The notes beneath the pieces are model-generated. The model did no database searches. It worked only from the letters and a program-made list of their open reading frames with translations, and was not told the origin of the DNA. Positions 52,340 to 64,000 of a stretch of 64,000 bases of DNA are shown piece by piece; position 1 is the stretch's first letter; the number at the start of each line of letters is the position of its first letter. Made by a program: the position numbers and the translations under genes. The DNA comes from Lama guanicoe (lineage: Eukaryota), in NCBI GenBank assembly GCA_013239625.1, contig MU053995.1:124001-188000 (forward strand), written 5' to 3'.

Positions 52340-53740
52340 GTCTGGGAGGAAATCAGCAGAGGCCTCCTCTCAGGCCTGATGGGAGGTCAGCAATGGAGTA
52401 TATAGTTGCTTAGGCCATAATTTCTTCCGTAAGACTATCAAAACCTCCAATGCTGACCATCTAATTTAACATGGTCCAAGAGAGCAGCCAGTAAATCACA
52501 CAATATCTGCTGGTGATCTAGTTTTTGGGGCCCTCCCAAAATCAGAACATTCCCCCTTTTCCACCTCTATGTGAAGTTCCCTTTCTGAGTCACTGCGTGG
52601 GAAGAGGTCTTGGACTCACCTTGAGTCTTGGCAGCATGTACCCCCTTTTGGCACAACTCTACATCCCCCAGGTGAGCCAGAGCCTCTGTTACTTCAGGTA
52701 TGGGGTGGTCTACATATGGTGCTAGTAGTGCCGTCATAGTCCCAAATGTTCCCAGTGGGCCATTAGCCAAAGTCAAATCTTTTATTCAAATTGTAAGAAT
52801 CTCATCATCTGGACTATGGAAATGCAAAGAAAACATCATCTGGTGCATTCCCATTTCTTGGTCAACTTGCGTTAAGTCCAAATACGTGGTCCATTTACTC
52901 ATGTGTTCAGGCAAATACCCTGGACCTTCCCACACATTGCGTGCAGCAGCCATTAACCAGCTTATCAGCATATGGTTGCCAGCACCAGCATTAAACTGGG
53001 AATGGTTTGCAGCCATTGGTGCAATGAGGAGATGGTTGTTATGCTGGCCAGCTGGCCCATCTCCTTCAGAGATATCTCAGTCTGGTCATCCCCATCATCC
53101 CAAAAGTGTAAAAGCCATGTGGAGATTGACTCACCCATATGCTGCTTGCATTGCTTTGCCAGGTCTTGCAAACTCATTGATGTATAAGGGGTATAGATGG
53201 TTTGTTGTCGCTCATCATGGTCCCACAGGAGCTCTCCCCTGAGCCATGGGCCCTCCAGTTCCACCTGCTGCCTCACCACAGGCCATAGACACAGTGGAAT
53301 GGGGGAGGGGTTGGGCTTACTGTTCTTGGAGACGGTGGAACAGGAGCTGTGCAGAAGTAGGCACTCTCAGAGGCATCAGAGCTAAGGACATGTGGGCACC
53401 TTTCTACTGTGCTGAGTCTCTGCTCAAGTTCTCCTTCCCTGCACTGTAACTACTCCACTTGAGTCTGCAATTCTCTCATACCTCAGCTAGCATGCCACAA
53501 AACCAATAAGAACATCCATCCCACCTTCCCGGCTGCCTCTCAGTGGGCTAGTGGGACATTATTTTCCAACAACTCTAGTGCCCTCCCAACATCATCTGGC
53601 TGGGGTGCCACAGTGTCCCAATCCTCAGGTTGAGCCCATGTCAACAAATAGGCTGCCACCAGGTACCATAGAGAGATAGGGGGCCACATTGTTTCAATCC
53701 AAGAAGTCTTGACAGGGCGGGATTCAGAGGGGGCACTCAT
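52340..53740 (-). pseudogene. ERV gag remnant
   Basis: Begins just after the PBS (MSAPSES..MWPPISLWYLVAAYLLTWAQPEDW). Contains YTSMSLQDLAKQCKQHMGESISTWLLHFWDDG, typical of ERVL-class gag. Frameshifted. Confidence 0.7.
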
Positions 53741-56715
53741 CTCATCCTGCTCACATCACCAATGTCAGCCTAGGAGGGTGAAGTGGAATTTGTGAAGGTG
53801 AGCAGTCTAACCAGAAAAATGCATCAGGAGCTGCCATACCATAGGACAGACTGCACAAGGAGGCAACATGGAGTAAAACATCACTTTATTCTACAGCCAC
53901 AAGGTGATGCACATGCCCTGTGGTGCACTTGTCCTGCTTTTATCTATTTTCTACCTGCACGTGCTCAGTGTTCATTTCTTTGTTCATGAGGCTTACATAA
54001 CACCAATAGCAAATGTGTACTTCTACTTTCTTTGTTCTAAAACTTATATAACTGGTGCATGCATACAATTATTATTTATCTTATACTACAAGCATGTTGT
54101 GACCCTGGCCTTGGGTCCCACGGCCTTACTCATTCAAGGTCGCTAACACTGGCTTTACCCCAGGCAGGGCAGAGAGAGGTCTTCCCTAGCAGCTGCCACC
54201 ACATCATGCTTCTCAATCTCAGCTAAGTGAAGAGTCAAATCCTGTTTTCTCCACACAACAGTTTGGCACTAAATGGAGGGCAGCTAAATCCTGAGAAACA
54301 CTTAATCTAAGGAAGTAGAGGAGCCTCTGTGTCTTGGATGTGGTCCAGGAGAGCTGGCAGGAGTCAGTGTTGATACTTAGTTAAACAGTGCCCCAGAACC
54401 AACCCATGTTATTCTGATGATAATCCATCTGCATGAAATCTCTCACCCAAAATGCTCTGACCTTCAGGCCCTGCCTAGTGAGTACTCTAGCACTGCCCAT
54501 TTCATACCACAACCTTGCACTAGATCTGGCATGACCATAACAGAGAAATGGCCATGGCTGTGAGTCAAACTTGAGTGGAGATGCAGATGCCTACAGAAGC
54601 AGCACATCAAAACTCTGTGAATCCATGAACCGCATTTGCTGCAGCACTCCCCTTATTTGGGGCAAAGGCCCTAGTGTTGACAGAAAAAAAAGACACACAC
54701 ACTTATAGGAAATAAAGCCTTCTAAAACCCAAATATCAAAGCCTCTGCTTCAGCATCATGCAAGCAGACCCTACATGACACAGGGTGGCAACAGCTATAA
54801 AGCAGAGAGAAATTCATATCTAACACCCTGTACAGACTCTAGTTCCTGTATCTCTAACCTCATCCAGATATACACTAAGGAGAGATGTAGCTAGTGTCCA
54901 CATCAAATCTGATACTCACACCAAGATATTGGGCACACATGATCTACACATGGATGCTCCTATATAAGAACACCCCTTCAAGACCACTAGAGCTAACTGT
55001 TCCATCTAAATTCATAAACATAAAAAGTTAAGTAAAATTAAAATGCAGAGAAACTACTCTTGTTCTTATTGAAAGAATAAAGAAGATCCCTGAAAGAGAT
55101 AATTTATGAAACAAAGATAATAACTCTACCAAATAATAAATTCAAAAACTTGAGTATAAAAAAGCTAACTGAATTAACCAAGAAAATCTATCTAAGTATA
55201 GGTCATTTTAACAAGGAACTTAGAAACTGTGGGGAAAAAACACTGAATCAAAAATAGATAACACAATTCCTGAGATAAAGAGCACTATAGAAGCAAGGAA
55301 TAGCACATTAAATGACACAGGAGAATGCATAAGTGGTCTGGAAAATACAATAATGGAAATTACTCAGTCAGAACTGCAGACAGAAAGACAAATGAAAAAA
55401 TATATCCATGAGATCTTTGGGATAATATAAAATGTGCCAACATTCCAGAAGCAGGAAAGAGAAAGAAAAAGATTGAAAATGTATTTGAAAATATTATGGA
55501 TGAAAACTTTCTAAACTTAAAGAGGGAAACAGATACCAATGTATATTAAGCACAGATATTCCAAATAAGATTAACCCAAACAGAACTACAGAAGACATAT
55601 TATAATTAAAATGGCAAAAGTTAAAGATAAAGAGAGAATTCTGAAGGCAGAAATAGAAAAACAAAGAGTCATAGATAAAGAAATCCAACAAAGCTACTAG
55701 ATGATTTCTCTACAAAAACATTGCAAGACAGAAGGGAGTGGCAAAATATATCAAAAGTCTCAAAAGGGAAAAACCTTCAAAGTAGGATATTCTATCCACC
55801 AAGATTATCATTTAAAATAGAAGAAATAACAAATTTCTCAGGCAAAGAAAAACTAAAAGAATTCAGCAGTACTAAAACTATACTAAAAGCAGTATTGAAG
55901 AGATTTCTCTAAAGAAATAAGAAAAATAGGAAAGGGAAAGTCCAACTAGAAAAGGCAAATGGAAGCAGACAAAAGATCACTTAAGTAAGCCAATACAGAG
56001 ATTTAAAAAAAAACCTATAAATACAATGCAATGTAAAGAGATAAGCATGAAGATGTAAATATGATATCAAAAACACAAAATTTGTGGGGGAGAGGAGTAA
56101 ATATTACAGATATTTTAAAACGTGTTTGAATTTAAATGATTATCAATTTAAAGCAAACAGATATAATTATGGGTCCATGAATATTAATCTTGTGATAAAT
56201 GTAAATTTTAAAATCTACATTAAATACACAAAGAACAGAAAGAAAGAAACTCAAGCATACTATAAAAAAAATCATCAAAACACAATGTGAGGAACAAAGA
56301 CAAGAAAAGAAAAAAGAACTACAACAACTGGAAAACAAATAATAAAATGGCAATTAGTACATACTTACTTTAAATGTAAATGGACTAAATGCTTCAATCA
56401 AAAGAAATACAGTTGCTGATTGGATAAAAAAGAAGATCCTGTGCTTCCTACAAGCAACCCACTTCAAGATGAAAGACACACTGAAAGTGAAGGAATGGAA
56501 AAAGATACTACATAAATATGAAATGACAAGAAAACAGGGGTAGAAATACTCATATCAACAATACAGACTTTAAAACAAATGCTATAACAGACAAAGAGGG
56601 AATTACATAATAATCAAAAGATCAACAAAAATAGGATATTACATTTATTAAAATATATGCACAAAATGCTTAAATATATAAAGCAAATACTAACAGATAT
56701 AAAGGGAGAAATAGA

Positions 56716-57935
56716 AGAGAGAAGATAGTGGAGTAGAAGGGCGCTCGCAGCTCACCCTCTCCCACAAATGCACCAAAACCCAAATGCACAGACACACTCA
56801 GCCGACCAGAGCACCTGCGGAACTCCGACAGAACATCGCCCTCTTCAAAAGATAAAGACTCCAAAAATCTGGTAGGAGAAAAGGAAAAAAGAAAGAACAA
56901 AAGGCAAAGCAGCGCGGTACGGGTCCTGCGGGGAGGGAGTGGCAAAGGAGGACTGCTGCTCACTCGCTGGGTCTCCCTTCTCCAACTGAGAGGCCAGCGG
57001 GATGGAGGGGGAGACGCTGAGGCTCAGATCTGTACAGAGCAGCCTTTGTCTGAAAGAACAAAGTTAAACGGGAAGCGGTGGGCAGGGCCAGGCTGCACAA
57101 GCCGGGCGGAGGACGGAGGCGGCTGCACAGAGGCAGCCCTGGGGGACTACAAGGGGCTGCGTGCCGTAGCTGTGGTTGTACAGGGCAGAACAACTTGGGC
57201 CTCCATAAAACAGCAAGGTTGATGTGCTCTGGGGGGAAGGGTGCACACTCCCATCTCTGAAAACTCGTGGGAAGGTTTTGGGGGAAGAGGTGGGGCTCAG
57301 ACACAGCCACCATATCCTCCGCACTTAGCACCCAGGCGGGGGCGGGGGTGAAACCAACATCTGCACCGAAGGGCTTAGCAGCCTCAAAGGCCAGACGGAG
57401 ACGGGCCTACATCCCGGGACAGATAGGATCCTTCCATCCTGGTCCCTCAGAGAACTTGCTCCACAAAGACAAACAAGCAGCTGGGTTTTGGCTTGGAGCA
57501 GGGACAAGGCTGTCCCTCAGTCTTCCCCGAGCCCACCTGCGGAGCGCTGACCAGGGCGGAGAGCGCAGCCGCACAGAGCAGCGGAGCTACCGACAGTGCA
57601 GGGAGAGGGAGAGCGGCCTCCCGCCTTTCGGGCAGGAACACAGCCCCTGACCGAGGTGCTGGGAGGGGGCACAACTCGCCCTCCTACCTGGCCAGTCCAC
57701 AACATCTGACTGCGGCATCCGGAAGGGCATGGACCCGCCCGCCCGCAGCAGAGGAGAGCTGCACCTGACCCCATGTTAGCAGGAGGCGCGATCTGCTTGC
57801 CGACAGGTGCTGGGAGCAGCACAGAAGAGGGCGCCAACGGAGGGCCTCTGAAAACAAGCTGAGCTTCCAAAACAGGACGAAGACAGAAGGACTTCACATT
57901 AAAAGCACACACACTCCAGGAGAACACCGACAACC
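56716..57935 (+). promoter_or_regulatory. L1 5'UTR internal promoter / CpG-rich region
   Basis: GC/CpG-dense segment starting gagagaagatagtggagtag upstream of ORF1. Confidence 0.75.
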
Positions 57936-59781
57936 CCTTTTTTTTTTTTTTCTTTTTTGGTCTTTGTTTTGTTTTTTTGTTTTCTGTTTTTGTTTCTGTT
58001 TTGTTTTGTTTTAATCTGTTTTTACCTGTTCTATTTTCTATTACCCTCTTAATTTTTACTTCTTAATTCATTTCTATTTCTCTTCACTTTTGATGTCCTG
58101 TTATTGATTAGACACAGGCTTCAAATACATCTGTTCATCTTCCCCTCCCCTTTTTTAAAAAAGTTTTTAAAAGGATGTCTCAACCCGGTTAATACTCTGC
58201 TTCAACTCGCTCTTCTATTATTCATTATACACTGTTTTCAAACTTTCTTTCTCCCTTCTTTTAAAATTCTTTCTCTCTCTTATTTTTTTCTTTTTTCCCT
58301 AAGTTCTATTCCTAACTAGGCATTAGATAGATAAACTACTTAAGATCCAAAATACACAACTGATACTCCATAAACCACAGTGCCAGAGAGGTATGAACAA
58401 GATGAAGAAGCAGAGAAACTTTTCCCAATTAAAAGAACAAGAGAAATCCCCTGAAAGAAAGATAAATGAAATGAATATCGATAGCCTACTAGATCAAAAT
58501 TTCAAAAAAGGAGTGATCAAATTGCTGAAGAAATTAAAAGAGATAGTGTTTAAAGATATAAAATATGTCAAAAATGAAATTGAAGGTATAAAGAAGAGCC
58601 AAGTAGAATGGGTAAACTCATTGACAGAGATGAGGAATGATCTAATAACTGTGCAAAGCTGACTAGATAATGTAGAGGAACGAATTAGTGATCTAGAAGG
58701 CAGGGCAATAGAAAGCACCCATTCAGAAGAACTACAAGATAAGCAAATAAAAAATAATGAAAATAGCATAAGGGACCTATGGGATAACATAAAGCATCCC
58801 AATCTTAGCATAATAGGGGTCCCAGAAGAGGAAGAAAGATCAAAGGGGATTGAAAAGGTTTTTGAAGAAATCATGACTGAAAACTTCCCAAACTTAAAGA
58901 AGGAATCAGATATCCAAGTACAGGAAGCTCAGAGGGTCCCAAACAGGAGGAACCCAAATAGAACCACACCAAGACATATCATAATCAAGATGGCCAGAGT
59001 CAAGGATAAAGAAATGATTCTAAAGGCAGCAAGAGAAAAGCAAAGAGTAAGTTACAAAGGAACTCCCATAAAGCTCTCAGCTGATATCTCTACACAAACA
59101 CTATAGGCCAGAAGGGAGTGGCAAGATATATTCAAAGCCCTGAATGAAAAAAAGATGCAGCCTCGGATACTTTATCCAGCAAGGTTATCCTTTAGGATAG
59201 AAGGAGAAATAAAGAGTTACACAGACAGAAAAAAAAGCTGCAGGACTTTAGCGACACTAAACCCATTCTAAAAGAAATACTGAAAGTTCTATTCTAAATA
59301 GAAGATCAGCAGGATGCTACAGAAATGAGAAACTCACAACTGGAAAGGTGATAACTCACGAATTACAAATAAAGTAAACACGAAATTATAAAAGAAGATA
59401 TACAAATCACTGAGAGTGGGAGAGGGAGTCAGGGAAATAAGATTATATTGTTTTCTTTCTTTTTTAAATTTTTTTAACAGTAGGATGGGTTTGAGATCAT
59501 GTTACTATCAGTTTAATAAAAACAGTTATAGTAATAGGCTAATAGATTTACAAAAAAGGGTAACCACAAGCCAAAAACTTACAAGGAAGTCACAAAAATT
59601 AAATAAAATCCATGATAATACAAAGGAAAATTACCAAACCACAAAAAGAAGAAGAAAGGAACAAAGAGGATATACCAATTCAACTGCAAAGATAAGTTCA
59701 AAATGGCAATAAAAACATATCTATCATTAATTACTGTAAATGTTAATGGAGTAAATGCTCCAGTCAAAAGACATAGAGTGG

Positions 59782-59844
59782 CAGACTGGATAATAAAGCA
59801 AGAACCTTCAATACAGACTGGATATAAAGCAAGAACCTTCAATA
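59782..59844 (+). repeat. Tandem duplication (32+31 bp) frameshifting the L1 endonuclease domain
   Basis: cagactggataataaagcaagaaccttcaata is followed by cagactggatataaagcaagaaccttcaata. Confidence 0.9.
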
Positions 59845-62616
59845 TGCTGCATACAAGAGACCCACTTTAGGGAGAAGGACACATATAGATTGAGAGTGAA
59901 ACGATGGAAAAGGATATTCCATGCAAGTGGAAAAGCCAAAAAGGCAGGTGTTGCAAAACTGATTTCAGACAAAATAGACTTTAAAACAAAGGACATAAAG
60001 AAGGACATTTTCTAATGATTAAAGGAGTGATACAAGATGAGGATATTACACTCTTTACTATATATGCACCCAATATAGGAGCACCTAAGTACATACAAGA
60101 ATTACTAACAGAGATAAAGGGGGATATTGTTGGGAATACAATCATAGTTGGAGATTTTAACACTGCATTAACATCACTAGACAGATCTTCCAGACAGAAA
60201 ATAAACAAGGCAACAGAGAAATTAAATACTACAATAGAAAAACTAGATTTGATGGATATTTTCAGAACATTACACCCCCCAAAAATAGGATATACATTCT
60301 TTTCAAGTGCACATGGAACATTTTCCAGGATCAATCATGTACTTGGGCACAAAAGAAACCTCAACAATTTTAAGAAGATAGAAATTATCTCAAGCATCTT
60401 CACTGACCACAATGCCATGAAACTGAAAATCAGCAACAGAGAAACAAAGGAGAAAAAAAGGAAAGCATGGAGATTAAACAATATGTTATTGAAAAACAAT
60501 GGGTCAATGAGGAAATCAAAGCTGAAATTAAAAAATACCTTGAGACAAGTGATAATAAAAGCACAACAACTCAAAACCTGTGGGACACAGCAAAGGCAGT
60601 GCTAAGAGGGAAGTTTATAGTGATACAGGCCTTCCTCAAAAAAGAAGAACACTCTCAAATTAACAAGTTAACCCACTACCTGAGTGAATTAGAAAAAGAA
60701 GGACAAAAAGCCCCAAAAAGCAGCAGAAGGAAGGAAATAATAAAGATCAGAGAGGAATTAAATACAATAGAGATTAACAAGAACATAGAAAAAAATCAAC
60801 CAAACCAAAAGCTGGTTTTTTGAAAAAGTAAATAAAATTGACAAACCTCTGGCCAAACTCACAAAGAAGAAAAAAGAGAGAGCACAAATTAGCAAAATAA
60901 GAAAGGAAAATGGAGAAATTACAACAAACAAAATAGAAATACAGAATATCATACAAGAATATAATGAAAAACTATATGGCACAAAACTGGATAACCTACA
61001 GGAGATGAACAAGTTTCTGGAAACGTACTGTCAACCAAGACTGAATCAAGAAGAATCTGAACAATTGAACAATCTGATCACTAGAAAGGAAAGAGGAATG
61101 GCAATTAAAAACCTCCCTACAAATAAAAGTCCAGGACTGGACAGCTTCACCAGGGAATTCTACCAAACATACAAAGAAAAACTCACACCAGTCCTTCTCA
61201 AACTCTTCCAGACAATTGAAAAGGAGGGAATACTCCCAAACTCATTCTATGAAGCCACCATCACCCTGATACCAAAACCAGGCAAAGACACTACAAAAAA
61301 AGAGAATTATAGGCCAATATCACTGAAGAACATAGACGCCAAAATCCTCACCAAAATATTAGCAAATAGAATCCAACAACACATAAAAAGATTAAACATC
61401 ATGACCAAGTGGGGTTCATCCCAGGGACACAAGGCTGGTTCAACATACAAAATCAATGTAATACATTACATAAACAAGACAATGGGCAAAAAACACATGA
61501 TCATCTCAATTGATGCAAAAAAAGCATTTGATAAAATTCAACACCCATTTATGATAAAAAAAAAAACTCTCGCCAAAGTGGGTATAGAGGGAACATATCT
61601 CAACATAATAAAAGCTATATATGACAAACCTACAGCCAGCATAGTACGCGATGGTGAAAAACTCAAAAGCTTCCCACTAAAATCTGGGACAGGACAAGGA
61701 TGCCCACTATCACCACTCCTATTCAAGACACTCCTGGAAGTCCTAGCCACAGCAATCAGGCAAGACAGAGAAATAAAAGGGATCCAAAGTGGAAAAGAAG
61801 AGGTAAAAGTGTCACTATATGCTGACGACATGTTACTATATATAGAAAACCCTAAAAGGTCCACACAAAAACTACTAGAGCTGATTGAAGAATTCAGCAA
61901 GGTAGCAGGTTACAAATTCAATGTTCAAAAATCAGTTGCATTTCTTTACACTAACGACAAATCAACAGAAAAAGAAAGTAAAGAAACAATCCCCTTTAAA
62001 ATAGCACCCAAAATAATAAAATATCTGGGAATAAATCTAACCAAGGAGGCGAAAGAATTATACACAGAAAACTATAAACCATTGATAAAGGAAATTAAAG
62101 AAGACTTTAAAAAATGGAAAGATATTCCATGCTCTTGGATTGGAAGAATCAATATTGTTAAAATGGTCACACTGCCCAAGGCAATCTACACATTTAATGC
62201 AATCCCTATCCAATTACCCAGGACATACTTCACAGAACTAGAACAAATCATAATAAAATTTGTATGGAGCCATCAAAGACCTAGAATTCCCAAAGCATTA
62301 CTGAAGAGAAAGAAAGAGGTTGGAGGAATACCTCTCCCAGACTTCAGACAATACTATAGAGCTACAGTCATCAAGACAGCATGGTATTGGTACCAAAACA
62401 GACATATAGACCAATGGAACAGAATAGAGAGCATAGAAATGAACCCATAAACTTTTGGTGAACTCATCTTCAACAAGGGAGGCAAGAATATACAGTGGAA
62501 TAAAGATAGTCTCTTCAGCAAATGGTGTTGGGAAAACTGGACAGCAGCATGTAAATCAATGAAGCTAGAACACTCCCTTACACCATACACAAAAATCAAC
62601 TCAAAATGGATCAAAG

Positions 62617-62706
62617 NNNNNNNNNNNNNNNNNNNNNNNNNNNNNNNNNNNNNNNNNNNNNNNNNNNNNNNNNNNNNNNNNNNNNNNNNNNNNNNNNNNN
62701 NNNNNN
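62617..62706. other. Assembly gap (90 N) inside L1 ORF2
   Basis: Run of N. The homologous interval in the minus-strand L1 (34080-34162) is 83 bp. Confidence 0.99.
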
Positions 62707-64000
62707 CTCCTAGAACACCCAAGCAATAGAAATAACAGCAAGAATAAACAAATGGGACCTAATGAAACTTACAAGCTTCTGCACAGCAAAGGAAACCAGA
62801 AGTAAAACAAAAAGACAACCTATGTAATGGGAGACAATTTTTACAAGTGAAACCGACAAAGGCTTGATCTCCAGAATGTATAAGCAGCTCATACGACTTA
62901 ATAAGAAAAAAACAAACTACCCAATCCAAAAATGGGCAGAAGACCTAAACAAGCAATTCTCTAGTCAAGACATACAAATGATCAATAGGCACATGAGAAA
63001 GTACTCAATATCACTAATCATCAGAGAAATGCAAATCAAAACTACAATGAGGTATCACCTCACACCAGTCAGAATGGCCAGCATTCAAAAGTCCACAAAT
63101 GACAAATTGTGGAGAGGCTGTGGAGAAAGGGGAGCCCTCCTACACTGCTGGTGGGAATGCAGTTTGGTGTGGCCACTGTGGAGAACAGTATGGAGATTCC
63201 TCAGAAGACTAGGAATAGACTTACCATACGACCCAGGGATCTTCTCCTGGACACATATCCAGAAGGAACCCTACTTCTGGATGACACCTGCACCCCAATG
63301 TTCATAGCAGCACTATTTACAATAGCCAAGACATGGAAACAGCCTAAATATTCTTTGACAGATGACTGGATAAAGAAGAGTTGGTATATTTATACAATGG
63401 AATACTACTCAGCCATAAAAATGACAATGCCATTTGCAGCAACATGGATGTCCCTGGAGAATGTTATTCTAAGTGAAGTAAGCCAGAAAGAGAAAGAAAA
63501 ATACCATATGAATTCACTCATATGTGGAATCTGAAAAACAAACAAACAAAAAAACCATAAATACAAACAAGAAACAGACTCACAGACATAGAATACAAAC
63601 TTGTGGTTGCCAAGGGGGTGGAGGGTGAGAAGGGACAGATTGGGATTTCAAAATGTAGAATAGATAAACAAGATTATACGGTATAGCACAGGGAAGTATA
63701 TACAAGATCTATGGTAGCTCACAGAGAAAAAAATATGTTCATGTATAACTGAAAAATTGTGTTCTGCACTGGAATTTGACACACATTGTAAAATGAATAT
63801 AACTCAATAGAAAATGTTCTTAAAAATAAAAATAAAAATTCATCTAATATACAATTTTCCATTTACAAACCAGAAACAGACTCATGAACATAAAAAACAA
63901 ACTATGGCTAGCAAAGGGGAAAGGATGAGGAGGTATTAATTAGGGGTGGGGGATTAACAGACACACATTACTTTATATAAAATAGGTAAACAACAAAGAC

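Larger units (their letters stand above)
48938..54148 (-). mobile_element. Class III (ERVL-related, HERV-S-like) provirus, internally deleted: LTR-gag-pro-pol-env-LTR
   Basis: 5' LTR 53763-54148 and 3' LTR 48938-49297. 5-bp TSD ctggg/ctggc. PBS tggtgatgtgagcaggat next to the 5' LTR and PPT agggggtggaa at 49308-49298. Confidence 0.92.
48540..56715 (+). mobile_element. Older LINE-1 5' half (5'UTR, ORF1 ~55030-55912, ORF2 start ~56347), split by the provirus
   Basis: 5' end gagggaatcaagatggc. The 5'UTR resumes at 54149. ORF1 C-terminus RREWQNISKVSKGKNLQSRIFYPPRLSF. EN homology ends at 56715. Confidence 0.85.
56716..63838 (+). mobile_element. Full-length (~7.1 kb) relatively young LINE-1, inactivated
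   Basis: CpG-rich 5'UTR, ORF1 58393-~59298 with stops, ORF2 59703-~63534 in fragments (481-aa RT piece with YADD), 3'UTR and A-rich tail. Confidence 0.95.

Noticed and set aside
56670..57933. Cluster of 60-138 aa ORFs (possible ORF0-like)
   Set aside because: These are expected in a GC-rich L1 5'UTR and have no recognisable domain or supporting evidence.
62617..62706. N gap hiding novel sequence
   Set aside because: The flanks are collinear L1 ORF2 and the homologous interval in the other copy is 83 bp, close to the gap size.

Overview
AT-rich, repeat-saturated mammalian DNA, most likely camelid (one vic-1-like tRNA-derived SINE). Most of the window is nested LINE-1, plus L2/MIR/MER5 relics, two ERV1-type solo LTRs, a deleted class III (HERV-S-like) provirus with an env remnant, a solo LTR of that family, and an SSBP3 retrocopy fragment. 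I see no intact cellular gene. Isolated exons of two X-linked genes survive in convergent orientation only ~32 kb apart: ARHGAP6 (+, 3244-3346 and 4882-5030) and CLCN4 (-, 44004-44190 and 36899-37021). These genes are roughly 1 Mb apart on human Xp22.2, so this is probably a collapsed X-degenerate Y segment. In both genes one exon is dead and CpG-free, the next exon is near-pristine and CpG-rich, and a solo LTR of the same family lies between them. This suggests localized, GC-biased X-to-Y gene conversion tracts. Gene identities come from my recall of the human proteins, not a database search, and repeat boundaries without TSDs are approximate.
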